Below the pieces are notes generated by a model. The model was given only the letters and a program-made list of their open reading frames with translations, was not told the origin of the DNA and ran no database searches. A DNA stretch of 64,000 nucleotides, taken from assembly GCF_037042905.1 (NCBI RefSeq), contig NC_087250.1, positions 14,944,001 through 15,008,000 on the forward strand, given 5' to 3'. Source of the stretch: Lytechinus pictus. Taxonomy: Eukaryota. Every line of letters begins with the position of its first letter. Within the stretch, counting starts at the first letter, position 1. Shown piece after piece: positions 52,405 to 63,728 of the stretch. The translations under genes were made by a program, and so were the position numbers.

Positions 52405-53154
52405 CAATCCTTGTAGTGAAATAATACAATTAAAATTGGAAACATATAAGGACATTTTATAGTGGAGGTAAAATGCAATGCACATATTGTTAACTTTGCC
52501 CTAAAAGATAGACCACCCCAAAAAGGGGGAAAAAGACCCCCCCCTAGAAAGAATGAGAGCGTAAAATTTTTCAGTGGGTTTGATACTGTCATTACTGTGT
52601 CATGATGCAAGTAGTATGAAAGCACCCTGTTAAGAAAAAATATTTTATCATAGGCTTTTGATTGACATTAAAAGCTTAGAATAAACAAGTAAGGGATTTC
52701 CAGCCATTCTATGATCAGCTTGATGGTCCCTGAGCTTTGGAAATATGCACGAGCGACTCACTAGTTAGAAATCCACTGCCAGTGAGTGGGTTAGGCCTAT
52801 AATCAGTAGAGGCGCTGGTCAGAAAATTGGGATCATCCCAGTTTACAGGGACTGTCTCAGTTTTCAAAGATTTTTCCACACAAGAAATCAATGAAAGTTC
52901 ATTCACCTGTCAAGTGCCGACATCAGAGTGCACGAGTCAATGTAAACATATCAGGTTTAACAAGATTATTGGAAGACGGCAAGTCGTGAAAAGACGATGA
53001 ACTGAGGGGAATTGAGGTCACTGAATCTATTTTCAGCAATATTAATCCCTGTAATTGCCGTCTATGTCCCGCAGGGTAGGCAAAAAAAAAAGCCGTCTCC
53101 ATAAACAAGGACAATCTCAGGTTATCAAGACATGATTGATTTGTCCTGGTTTAA

Positions 53155-53737
53155 AGGGATGGTCCGGGGTGAAAATATGTATAGCTTAATAAATAGAGTA
53201 GAATTCACTGAGCAAAACGCAGAAAATTTCATCAAAATCGGATAAAAAATTACAAAGTTATTGAATTTTAAAGTTTAGCAATATTTTGTGAAAAGAGTAG
53301 TCATGAATATTCATTAGGTGGACTGATGATGTCACATCTCCACTTGTTCTTTTGTATTTTTATTATATGAAATTAGGTTTATTCAAATTTTTTCCTCCAA
53401 GAACTAGAAAAATTGGATTGACGACTGAATAGTGCTTTAGATATTGCTGCAACTTATTTCATTATAAGGGAGACATATTATTGACACAAGTATGAAATAA
53501 TGAAAAAATAATGATTTTATGTAATAACGTAAGAAACAGAAAGTGGAGATGTGACATCATCAGCCCACCTAATGAATATTCATGACGACTGTTTTTACGA
53601 AATATTGCTAAACTATAAACCTCAATTACTTTAATTATTTGTTATCCGATTTCGATGAAATTTTCGGCATTTTGCTCAGTGAATTCTACTCTATCATTTT
53701 TCTATGTATTGAAATATTTTCAGCCCGGACCATCCCT
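53155..53737. mobile_element. TTAA-site MITE with about 200-bp TIRs
   Basis: TTAA-AGGGATGGTCCGGG...CCCGGACCATCCCT-TTAA. Confidence 0.88.
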
Positions 53738-54481
53738 TTAAGAGGATATCCTTGTTTTCTGGGAAAATCCCATTTGTTGGACCAGCGGCAGTGCCTCTAC
53801 TACTTTTACTAGTACTACCATGACTACTGTTTCAAATATCATAACTTTATTTTTGATCTAGTCTAGGCCTACATCCGATTTTGATGAAATTTTCAGCATT
53901 AGGGCCTATGCCAGTTTGATTTTCCTCTAGATCTATTCATTCATATCAACATTTTTCTGGGGGTGGGCTTGAACTTTCCATTAGAATTCTTTCGACTGCG
54001 TTCCCCTTCCACTTGCTAGTCACAATCACACAGCTCCGCACTCCAGACCGTCTCCGTCATCATTCGCATCGATCACGCAGCTCTCTCTCTCAATTCTCAT
54101 GTCACTCTGCCTTTCGATCTTTAGTTTTATTGGCATTAAAAGATTTATGCGCATGCGTGAGGAGTTCGGACGTCTCTTTTGCTTTCTCTGATTTTTCAAA
54201 ATTAAATTTATTGAAAATTCCTTTTGGTCATCGCAAAAGTCGTCTTTTTGCCTTGCATATATATCTCCAACTTGTTGGAGTGCAGCTAGGAAGGTTTTTT
54301 GAGTTTATGCTTGACAAGAAAAGCAGGAATTTACCAGCTAAAAAACGAGTGTGGTTAGCACATCAGGTCAAGACCCCCGGGGCATATCAAGGTCAGCGTT
54401 TCTCTTTCCCGAAGCCGGGCCGTGCCGGGTGATCGTGGCAGTAGTACCAAGGTCAAGCTAAGGTCATTGGATTTGGAAAGA

Positions 54482-56071
54482 ATGGATGTACTTCACAAAA
54501 CTTTTTCCAAGCTATCTCCATTTAGCAAAGATAAAAATGAAGACATAAAAAATAATGAAAATTATTCAGAGGATGAAGAAGTAGAAATGAAGAAAAATAG
54601 CCAACCGTATCCTGGCCAGAATGAAAATGCCCCGGATGTAGAGAACCAAGGCACAGCCGGAGCTTCGCCGCCCGCACCCAACGACCGTACCGGAGTACGT
54701 AGGCAGCAGGGCGAGAAGGGAAAAGTACGAGCAGCTGCAGGAACAAGGAAAGTAAACGAAGGGGCCAAAGGAAGAGGACCTGATAAAGCCTCCAAGCCAA
54801 AAGCCATGCGTTCTGTATCCTTTACAGAATTAAACAAGGCTGCTCAAGAAAACAAGAAAGGTCAGGAGAAATTGAATAAACTCAAACCTACATCAAAGAA
54901 ATCATCAGGAAAGAAAGGTGAAGGTGCAAGCACAAGTAAGGATACATATGACTGTGAGTACTGCCATGAGGAAGGTGTTACACATATGATTGAATGTGAG
55001 GCATGTGAGAGATGGTCATGCATGACCTGCCATTATATGACACTTGACATGTACCATTTCTTCACAAATGAATCAAATAGAGCACATTGGTTCTGTGTCG
55101 ATTGCGAAAAGGAAGCAATTGACGCAGCAAAGTTAAAGGTGAAAAATAAAAAGACAACAACAAACTTATGTAGTAACGTTGAAAAAGAATTGGGTGAAGC
55201 TGTTGGGAAAATCTTACAAAATGCTCAACAGACAATGAAAGAAATGGTTGATGATGGTCTAAAACAGGTGAAAAAATCCTATGCAGAAGCATGCGAGCAA
55301 GGGCTAACCAATGCTGGTTCAGGTCAAGCAAGGCAAAGAGTAACTATACTCCAGAAGTCAGAACTAGAAACTGATAAAAGATCTACAAGATATGACAAAA
55401 ACAGTGAAAATATTGGCCATGTTGACACAAATAGTGGCATTGAGAGTGTTGTAAGCATGATCACGATGGAAGAACTAGTTGACAGAGAGCGAAGGAAAAA
55501 TAATATTGTATTCTACAATGTACCAGAATCAAAACAAGTTCAGATCCAAGATAGGGTAGCTGAAGACAAGAAACTCATTACAGACCTTGTCACAAATAGC
55601 CTCAAAGTTAAAGATGTCATCATTAATAAGGCTATCCGTCTTGGAGGTCAAAGGCAAGTTAAGGATAAAGCAAGAGTTCTGCTTGTACACTTGGAGAACG
55701 AGAGCATGAAGAGGGACATTCTAGCAGCATCAAGGAACTTGCGTGAGAATGAAAGATGGAGAAACACGTACATTGCTCCTGACATGACGAAGCAGCAGCG
55801 TGAAGAGAGCTGGAAGCTACGCCAAGAGCTGAGGGCAAGGAGGGATCAAGGCGAACATAACCTGATGATACGACATGGTAAGATAGTATCACGATGGAGA
55901 AAGAAGGACTTTACAAAAGATGATAGAGCAAAACCAGCCCATCAAGAAGAAAATCTCAGGGAAAATGTGAGTAATACATCTCCTCCAACATCTAGCGATG
56001 AAGTTAGTGATAGTGATATTGAGATAGATGGCACATTTGGAGCAGTTGGTGGGGCTCCTAAAACAGTATGA
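54482..56071 (+). CDS. LINE ORF1 protein (529 aa from first ATG): low-complexity N-terminus, PHD finger, coiled coil, RRM/CTD-like region
   Basis: CEYC...CEAC...C..CH...HWFCVDC; ERRKNNIVFYNVPE; RLG; YIAPDMT motifs of CR1-group ORF1. The track start at 54422 is GTG; first ATG is 54482. Confidence 0.88.
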   Translation: MDVLHKTFSKLSPFSKDKNEDIKNNENYSEDEEVEMKKNSQPYPGQNENAPDVENQGTAGASPPAPNDRTGVRRQQGEKGKVRAAAGTRKVNEGAKGRGPDKASKPKAMRSVSFTELNKAAQENKKGQEKLNKLKPTSKKSSGKKGEGASTSKDTYDCEYCHEEGVTHMIECEACERWSCMTCHYMTLDMYHFFTNESNRAHWFCVDCEKEAIDAAKLKVKNKKTTTNLCSNVEKELGEAVGKILQNAQQTMKEMVDDGLKQVKKSYAEACEQGLTNAGSGQARQRVTILQKSELETDKRSTRYDKNSENIGHVDTNSGIESVVSMITMEELVDRERRKNNIVFYNVPESKQVQIQDRVAEDKKLITDLVTNSLKVKDVIINKAIRLGGQRQVKDKARVLLVHLENESMKRDILAASRNLRENERWRNTYIAPDMTKQQREESWKLRQELRARRDQGEHNLMIRHGKIVSRWRKKDFTKDDRAKPAHQEENLRENVSNTSPPTSSDEVSDSDIEIDGTFGAVGGAPKTV

Positions 56072-58975
56072 CTCGAGGGAGCTACTGGAGAACAAGTGAA
56101 TAATGGCATACAACTCAACCGAAACAATTTGAAAGTGCTATACACGAATTCTGACTCGTTACTAAACAAAATGGAAAATCTACTCATTATGATTGGGGTG
56201 CAAAAACCAGATTTGATTATGATATGTGAAGTAGCACCAAAATCAAGTTTGTTCAAAGCAACCCCGGAAGTGTTAAGACTAGAGGGATTTCAGACATTTA
56301 CAAACATTGATCGGGAATCCAGTCTTCGTGGAGTGGTAGTATATATTAGTAATAGACTAAATGCCCATGAAGTTTTCTTTTCTGTAGACTTTACCGAATC
56401 CATATGGTGTTCAATCCAGCTAACTGGAAAAGATAGAATGTTGGTAGGATGTATCTACAGGAGTCCATCAAGTTCAAAAGAAAATAACAGGAAACTGTGT
56501 GATCTTATTAAAGCAGCCAGTGAGAATGGAGAAAAGTACTTATTGATCACTGGAGATTTCAATTATCCCGAAGTAGACTGGGAGAAGTCATATGTGAAAG
56601 CATCGCCCAATCATCCTTCGAACATGTTCCTAACTGCTACTCAAGAATCATTTCTTATACAACATGTATTGGAACCAACACGACATAGAAGCGGACAGAA
56701 GTCCAACACTTTGGACTTAATGCTTGCTAACTCTGACACCATAGTTACTGCACTGCAATATCTTCCACCTTTAGGACTTAGTGATCATGTATGCTTATTT
56801 GCCCATTTGAATATAGATAATGACCTGAGAATGTTGGAAACAAAAGAAACTCGTATGATATTTCAGAAAGGAGATTATGAATCTATGAAACTTTCTCTTG
56901 AACCTATCAATTGGGAGGATGAACTTGAATTACTTGATTGTGATCGAGCATGGAATTTGCTGCGAGAGAAAGTGGAAGTTCTTGTCAAAAAGTATGTTCC
57001 AATGAGACAATGTAGTAAAGACAAAAGACGGAACATCTATATTACTAAACCAATCCTGAAACTTTCTAAGAAAAAAGCACGAAAATGGAAACGCTATACC
57101 AAAAGTGTTTATAGAAATGAAGACGAGAAACAAGCAGACTTAAATTCATATAAGAAGGCAAGAAATGAGCTAAGAAAGGCAACAAGAGCAGCCAGTCGTA
57201 ACTTTGAAGATGACCTAGTGGAAAGTATCAACTTTAATCCTAAGGCTTTTTGGAGGTACGCAAATAGCAAGATTAAAGGTAGAAGTCAGATAGGAAGTCT
57301 TAGAAGAGATGATGGATCTCTAGTAGAAACTGATAAGGAAAAGGCAGATGTCCTTAACAAATACTTTTGTGAAGTATTTACTGTTGAAGACTTACAAAAC
57401 TTTCCAGATTATGTGACCGGAGTAGACGCTGATATACCTTGTATGGAAAAGTTAGGATTTGAAACATCAGATGTGACAAAAATGATCAAAACCTTAAATG
57501 TGAATAAATCAGCTGGCCCAGACGGGATCCATCCTAAAGTGCTGAAGGAGTTGGGTGAAGTTATTGCAGAACCACTATCTATCATATTCAACAAGTCAAT
57601 GCATGAAGGTAAAATTCCAGCTGACTGGAAAAAGGGAATTGTAATTCCTCTTCCCAAGAAAGGAACTAGAACACAGATTTCTAACTACAGACCGGTGAGT
57701 CTTACATCGATAGCAGGAAAACTAATGGAAAAGATTGTGAGGAATGCTGTAGTGGATCATTTGCAAGATAATCAATTGTTGTATTATAACCAACATGGAT
57801 TCATCCCAGGACGGTCATGTTCCACACAACTTCTGTATGTGCTTGAAGAATGGACGCAGATGCTTGATGAAGGGAAGCCAATCGATGTTTTGTACTTAGA
57901 TTTTCGCAAAGCATTTGACAGTGTTCCCCATGAAAGGCTACTACGTAAACTAGAGAGACACGGAATTACGGGCCAACTTCTTATCTGGATGCGAGAATTT
58001 TTGACAGGAAGAGTTCAGCGTGTACGAGTAAACAGGGAACTATCTCCATGGTCTCCAGTATCAAGCGGAATACCGCAAGGGAGTGTTCTCGGACCTATTC
58101 TCTTCCTAGTCTTTATCAATGACCTATCATCTGCTGTCAACAAGAGTAATGTTGCTTTATTTGCCGACGACACCAAACTTTACAATATAGTGAGTGACTT
58201 ATCAAAGATCAAAGATCTTCAAGAAGACCTGGATAGACTACAATTATGGTCAGCGAAATGGCAGTTACCTTTCAATAGCAGTAAATGTAAAGTTCTACAC
58301 ATCGGAAGGAATAATCCAGAAGCAAAATTTTATATGTTGGAACAAGAAGTGAAGTCAGTAGCTACCGAAAAGGATCTTGGGGTAACAGTTGATAATCAAT
58401 TGAAATTTCATCAGCATGTGTCTCTAGCTGTTAATAAGGCATACCAACTGCTTGGAATCGTAAAGAGAACTTTCACTCAACTAAACAAATCTACATTGCC
58501 CATTCTCTTCAAGACATTAATTAGACCACATCTGGAATATGGGAGCGTCATCTGGAACGGTAGATTTACAGAACATGCTAAGAAGGTTGAGAGAGTACAG
58601 AGGCGAGCAACAAAACTAGTGAAGGACTTGAGAAACGTACCGTATGAAAGGAGACTCAGGGAACTTAACATGTACTCACTCTATTATAGAAGGAGGAGAG
58701 GAGATATGATAATGGTCCACCAGATTATGCATGGATTGGTCAACATTTCTCCAGACCATTTCTTCTCCAAGTCTGGTAGTAACTCTACAAGAGGTCACTC
58801 CATGAAATTATTGAAATCCCATAGCAAACTGGATGTGAGAAATAAGTCTTTCAGTAGAAGAGTCATCAATGACTGGAATAGTCTTCCTGAAAACCTAATA
58901 CAAATGCCAACAACAGACAAATTTAAAAGAAATATTGATATTTTTTGGCAAAAAAACCACTTTGAGCTTCCATGA
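56072..58975 (+). CDS. LINE ORF2: AP endonuclease + reverse transcriptase, uninterrupted
   Basis: EN motifs YTN, ICE, IYRSP, GDFN, LDL, SDH; RT motifs YRPVSLTS, DFRKAFD, GIPQGSVLGP, LFADD, KDLGV; C-terminal TRGH. Frame is open directly from the ORF1 stop. Confidence 0.93.
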   Translation, partial: LEGATGEQVNNGIQLNRNNLKVLYTNSDSLLNKMENLLIMIGVQKPDLIMICEVAPKSSLFKATPEVLRLEGFQTFTNIDRESSLRGVVVYISNRLNAHEVFFSVDFTESIWCSIQLTGKDRMLVGCIYRSPSSSKENNRKLCDLIKAASENGEKYLLITGDFNYPEVDWEKSYVKASPNHPSNMFLTATQESFLIQHVLEPTRHRSGQKSNTLDLMLANSDTIVTALQYLPPLGLSDHVCLFAHLNIDNDLRMLETKETRMIFQKGDYESMKLSLEPINWEDELELLDCDRAWNLLREKVEVLVKKYVPMRQCSKDKRRNIYITKPILKLSKKKARKWKRYTKSVYRNEDEKQADLNSYKKARNELRKATRAASRNFEDDLVESINFNPKAFWRYANSKIKGRSQIGSLRRDDGSLVETDKEKADVLNKYFCEVFTVEDLQNFPDYVTGVDADIPCMEKLGFETSDVTKMIKTLNVNKSAGPDGIHPKVLKELGEVIAEPLSIIFNKSMHEGKIPADWKKGIVIPLPKKGTRTQISNYRPVSLTSIAGKLMEKIVRNAVVDHLQDNQLLYYNQHGFIPGRSCSTQLLYVLEEWTQMLDEGKPIDVLYLDFRKAFDSVPHERLLRKLERHGITGQLLIWMREFLTGRVQRVRVNRELSPWSPVSSGIPQGSVLGPILFLVFINDLSSAVNKSNVALFADDTKLYNIVSDLSKIKDLQEDLDRLQLWSAKWQLPFNSSKCKVLHIGRNNPEAKFYMLEQEVKSVATEKDLGVTVDNQLKFHQHVSLAVNKAYQLLGIVKRTFTQLNKSTLPILFKTLIRPHLEYGSVIWNGRFTEHAKKVERVQRRATKLVKDLRNVPYERRLRELNMYSLYYRRRRGDMIMVHQIMHGLVNISPDHFFSKSGSNSTRGHSMKLLKSHSKLDVRNKSFSRRVINDWNSLPENLIQMPTTDKFKRNIDIFWQKNHFELP

Positions 58976-59724
58976 CTCCTCACGCAAGCTCATGTCTTCA
59001 TGAAGTAGTAATTTTCAGTGACCAATCATACAAGAAACGACCGGGAATTACAGGCTTGCGCCTTCATCCCGTACCAGATGATGATGATGATGATGATGAT
59101 TAATTATCCTGGTTTAAGTCACCACTCCATTCACTGCCTTTTATTTCGTCAGCGGCAGTGCACGACTTCTTTCATCTCCCATTGACTTTGTCTTTGTAGT
59201 TGTACACAGCTAGCGCACACACACACACACAAGTCGAGAATTAGTATTACCAGTACTATTAGAACGTTTTAGAAGAGAGCCGACTTATTTCAGGATAATG
59301 CCCTCTTATTTCTGTCTCCAGCCAAGCCCAGGCCAAGATATAAGTCGATTCTCAGGCATGGGAAATTAATGACAATGATATGGTCTGTACATAGGAATCT
59401 GTTACTGAGGTGTTCCGGACCGGGAGTCGATGATCCTACGACTAGTACGAGTACGAGATTCATACCCCCACACATCATACTGACAGACATGACATACGGT
59501 ACACGAAATGCAATGGGTGGGCCAAGGGGAAATTCATACAAAACGAACACTGCAAGCTCTAAGAAAATTGGATAAAATCGATAGATTTTATGATGTTTGT
59601 TATCAAATCGCTATATTTATGACACTTTCATATTATGAGTAATCTTTTAATATTAATTAAAAACACTGATGATAGACATAAATAATAAATTTGCCCCGAT
59701 TTTAAGAATTATGTGTACTCTTAC

Positions 59725-59775
59725 GTACATAGAAAGAGCGACGTTTGTAAAAGAAAGATCAACGGTGAGGGCGCA
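59725..59775 (-). promoter_or_regulatory. RPL32: Probable RPL32 core promoter (TCT / 5'TOP initiator) and short non-coding exon 1
   Basis: Minus strand reads gcgccctcaccgttga-TCTTTCTTTT-acaaacgtcgctctttctat-GTAC-GTAAGA. A pyrimidine initiator followed about 30 nt later by a donor is typical of ribosomal protein genes, and the ATG exon has an acceptor needing an upstream exon. Confidence 0.75.
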
Positions 59776-61441
59776 ATATATTTTTGTAATCATGCTCGAT
59801 CGCTAGAAGTGGATAATATTATTATGTGCTCGATAGTCGTGCATCTTTGTTTTTAGGAACCTCATTCTATCTACCTATAGGGGGGGGGGGGGGGTGCGTT
59901 TAAAAGGTAGTTTTCATGTCATGATAGGAGGGGGGGGGGGTTGATTCCTTGATTGAATATACGGATCCCGGATACGGATATAGAAATCCTCACTTGGTTT
60001 TTGTCAATTTTAATTCCCCCTCTTAATTTTTTTCATTTGAGAAATCATAGGGGGTCGCAGTCGCACTGCCCGGCCTACCCTTGCTTTTAATAGATATAAA
60101 TGTCAAATGATAATATGTCCACCATCCCCTCTCTCTCAGTTTAGCCCATCTGCACCATGACAGGATCATGATTTTTCCCAAATTATTTTTTAAATTTTAA
60201 TGATGATACTAAAAACCCACTCATAATCTCAGGCATTTTCCATGCAGTCTTATTATCATTTTACATATAGATAAGTAAACGAGAAGACACAACCCATCAA
60301 TTTTCATGACTTGTTATTTTTGTTATGATATTTCACATGACAAAAATATCATGAACAAATTTCCAGGGCGCAATTAAACGGGACCGGGAGGGGCGGGGGT
60401 CCCTGGGAGAGAATTGCTCTCTATTAATTGGGCTATGATTTTCAAGCAGTAAAAAAGAGAACAAAAGAAGTGGAGGATGAAATTAAGAATAATTAATGTC
60501 AAGAAGTGAGAAGTTTAGTCATGTAAATCAAGTACCTGTTTTATTCAATTAAGAACAAAACGACCAAAAAAAAAAACCCACAACAATAAACAAACAAAAC
60601 ACACACACAAAATAGACACCCCAAACACAAAGAAAACAACCCTTTGCTTAACGGTCGCCTATCCATACAATGAATACGTGTATCCAAGTCTTGCTGGCTC
60701 TGCATGCCCAAACTGTTTCTATTTCTTCTCTTAAAAAAATGAGTTTTTCTTCTCATCTCTAGTCTCTTGCACACCTCCGACTCTCCTGATATAGTCTACC
60801 CCCATCTCCCTCCCTGCCCTCCCTCCCCCTCTCTCTCTCTCTGTGACTTCAATTTATTCTTGCTTTCGCGTCTGACAATCTTTATTTTTTGTTCCCGTAA
60901 TAATTTTACTTGATGTAAATATACCTCCTGCATGGCCCCTCACCCCAAAAAAAAACATTTGGGACATATATCGATCAGGTTTCAAACACTTTGGTTTATT
61001 TTGCATAACTTATGCATTTGGTATAATAATAACTATATATGTATAGGCCTATGTTACAATGTACCATATAACTTCTTTCTAATAGGGAAGAAGCCAAAAG
61101 GAATTGATTGGGGGTTATTAGAATTATCGTTCAGATTGATAAACTCTCTAACACATATTTACGACAATAATATGAAGATAAAATGCTCTTGCATTTTGTT
61201 TGTACGAAGTTGATGTAATATCGAGACCTATATCCACACTCTCAAACTTTTTGGCCAGTATTCTGAAGTCAGGTATAAGTTAAACCATGGTCTTAGTCAT
61301 GCAGTGTTGAAATTATGGAAAGCCAAAAATGTCAAAATTACATACGTACATTATATGTTTGCTATCTTGGCTTTTCCCCCATGATTTAATGATTTGAAGA
61401 GACCTACAGTAGTTCAGTACTTATTCTCAGTCAGTAATAAT

Positions 61442-61803
61442 CGCATACATTTGTAATTCCGAAGCTTCGTTATTCCGAAGGTTTGTTAATCTGAAAACGA
61501 AATAAGGTTCGTTAGTCCGAAAATGAAATGATTAACGAATCTTATTTCGTTTTCGGACTAACGAACCTTCGGAACAACGAACCTTTTTTCGTTTTCAGAC
61601 TAACGAACCTTCGGAACAACGAACCTTATTTCGTTTTCAGATGAACGAACCTTCGGAACATCGAACCTTATTTCGTTTTCGGATTATCGAACTTTCGGAA
61701 TAACGCCACAAATGTTCGGATTAACGAACCCTTTTACGTTTTCGGAATAACGAACATCGAGGTATAGACAATTTACGTGTTTCGGAATTACGAAGTGTAA
61801 CCG
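61442..61803. mobile_element. MITE with internal short tandem repeats (ttcggactaacgaacc)
   Basis: taattccgaa / ttcggaatta TIR core; taataat on both flanks. Confidence 0.75.
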
Positions 61804-61809
61804 TAATAA

Positions 61810-62056
61810 TAATACTAATAATATGTCTATTTATATAGCGCAGTTACTATGTGCATATACTAAACTGCGCTTTGACACTTTCGTTCAAGCGTTCAAGGAA
61901 TAAATCCTACCGGGTACCCATTCACCTCACCTGGGTCGAGTGCAGCACAATGTGGATAAATTTCTTCCCAAGGAAATTATGCCATGGCTGTGATTCGAAC
62001 CCACCACCCTCTGTTTCAAAGTCCGGAGACTAATCCACTGGGCCACAACGCTCCAC
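61810..62056 (-). mobile_element. tRNA-derived SINE
   Basis: A box TGGCCCAGTGG, B box GGTTCGAATCA, conserved core tgctgcactcgacccaggtg, (ATT)n-like tail; fragments at 1-120, 27820-27990, 38825-38930 and 48895-48965. Confidence 0.85.
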
Positions 62057-63144
62057 AAACGAATGATTTGAGTGTCAAATGAGCCGATAGATTGAACATA
62101 TTGGCTATCCATAGTTAAACTACAACTTCAGAACACAATTTAATTAAACTCCTGAGTTCAGAATATGGGCCGTAGACTTGAGTACAATCACTCAAATTTT
62201 AAGAATACAGAAGCTGATAGGCAACAAATAAATACTGAGAATTACATGCAATAAATTACAGGCAAGAATTAAATCTGAGATGCTTAACATTAAATACCAT
62301 ATGCAGGTCTTGAGTAACCTCATTATAAGGGGTACATGTAGGTCTTTTTGGCATTCTTTCTTTTGAGTTACTTTTTTAAAGATAAGAGTGATGATAATGA
62401 TGATAATAATAAAAATAATAACACTTACAATTATCAATCTTAAGAACCATGATGAGGATGATGATAATAATAATAATGATAATAACAATAATACTAATAC
62501 CGATAAAACAGTACAGGCCAGAAAAATAATATCAATAGTCCATTATAACATAGCAATAGCAATAACAATTTCACAATAATATTGATAAAGAAAACTAACG
62601 GTTGTAATGAAAATGAAAAAAGAAACAATAAGCACCACTATAATGATATCATATTGATGATAACAATTCAAACTATCTGTAGTTTCTAAAAACACTCTAG
62701 CATGCATTAAAGAAAAACCATGTTATTTCAAAAATAAAAACAAGATTTTCTTTAGAAAAATACAAAACATGGGTACTAAAATAATAAAAAGCTAGATACA
62801 GGATTTTCCAAAAGGGAGAAGGGGGGCACATTTTCCTGAAGAAAATTTGACCCCAAAAAAAAAGAAAAAAAAAGGTCCTCCTTGTTTATGAATGACATAT
62901 TCCCATTAAAACTATAGGCTGCGACTTTAAAAGTGGGGAGCACACTTGGGTAAAAACAGCATATTTACATTAAATTGATTAATTATGGCTCTCAAAGGGG
63001 GGGGGGGGGCACGGGCCGGATGTGCCCCCCCCCCCCGATCTGCTACTGATTATCATTAGTGTCATTCATAATTCATAAAGGATTTGCAACCCCTCTCTGT
63101 TATCATTTCGAAGAGCCCCAATTTCGGATTATAACAGATCAAAT

Positions 63145-63728
63145 CCGGGGGGGGGGGGGCCACTTACATTGACGAGTGGATACCATGCGCGACCAAAAAA
63201 ACACGTAAAAAGGATATCTTTTTCAAGATAGGACACGTTACGTACGTAACGTGATAAGGGTGTCAAAAACACAAAAATAAGGAAAAAAGGGTATCTATTT
63301 CGGAAGGAAAAATACGTGTTTAGGGTTAAATTTGTGGAGATGATAAAACAAAATTAAAATGTTGTAAGAAGGATGTCCTTTTTGCCCCAAAACTACGTGT
63401 TTAGACTTACAGTCCGATTTGCGCGAGGTGAGGTAGGTGGGGCTGTACTAAACCAAATGGGGTGTATAAAAGGCAAAACCGAGGACCGATCGACGGACCC
63501 GTGACACAACAATAAAATATCGCTGTACTTGTTTAGGGGTTCATTTCAGGGAATACTTACCAAGAGTATCGTTTCGTTTCCAATACTCGTTAAGGGTAGG
63601 GTTTCAGACGCCAATACTTGTTAAGGGGTGCATTTTCAGAATAAGGAAAATACGTGTTTAGGGTGCTTTTCGAGACCCCATGGTCGCGCATGGTATCCAC
63701 TCGTCAATGGAAGTGGCCCCCCCCCGGG
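63145..63728. mobile_element. MITE with 8-bp TSD (hAT-like)
   Basis: TIR ccgggg..gccactt.cattgacgagtggataccatgcgcgacca; GATCAAAT duplicated at 63137-63144 and 63729-63736. Confidence 0.9.

Larger units (their letters stand above)
53978..59100 (+). mobile_element. Apparently full-length CR1-clade LINE, antisense in RPL32 intron 1
   Basis: About 500-nt 5'UTR, ORF1 with PHD finger, ORF2 with APE and RT, short 3'UTR with a stem-loop (cggga...tcccg) and a (GAT)8 tail at 59077-59100. Inserted at the TTT|AA end of a MITE; no clear TSD. Confidence 0.93.

Noticed and set aside
54013..54432. 139-aa ORF upstream of LINE ORF1
   Set aside because: Non-ATG start, no motifs; lies in the LINE 5'UTR.
61455..61760. 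Short regularly spaced repeats resembling a CRISPR array
   Set aside because: Intervening segments are themselves repeats, and the array is bounded by MITE TIRs.
61975..62056. tRNA-like sequence on the minus strand (also 48895-48965)
   Set aside because: A and B boxes run into a SINE core that recurs in the window; acceptor and T stems are degenerate.
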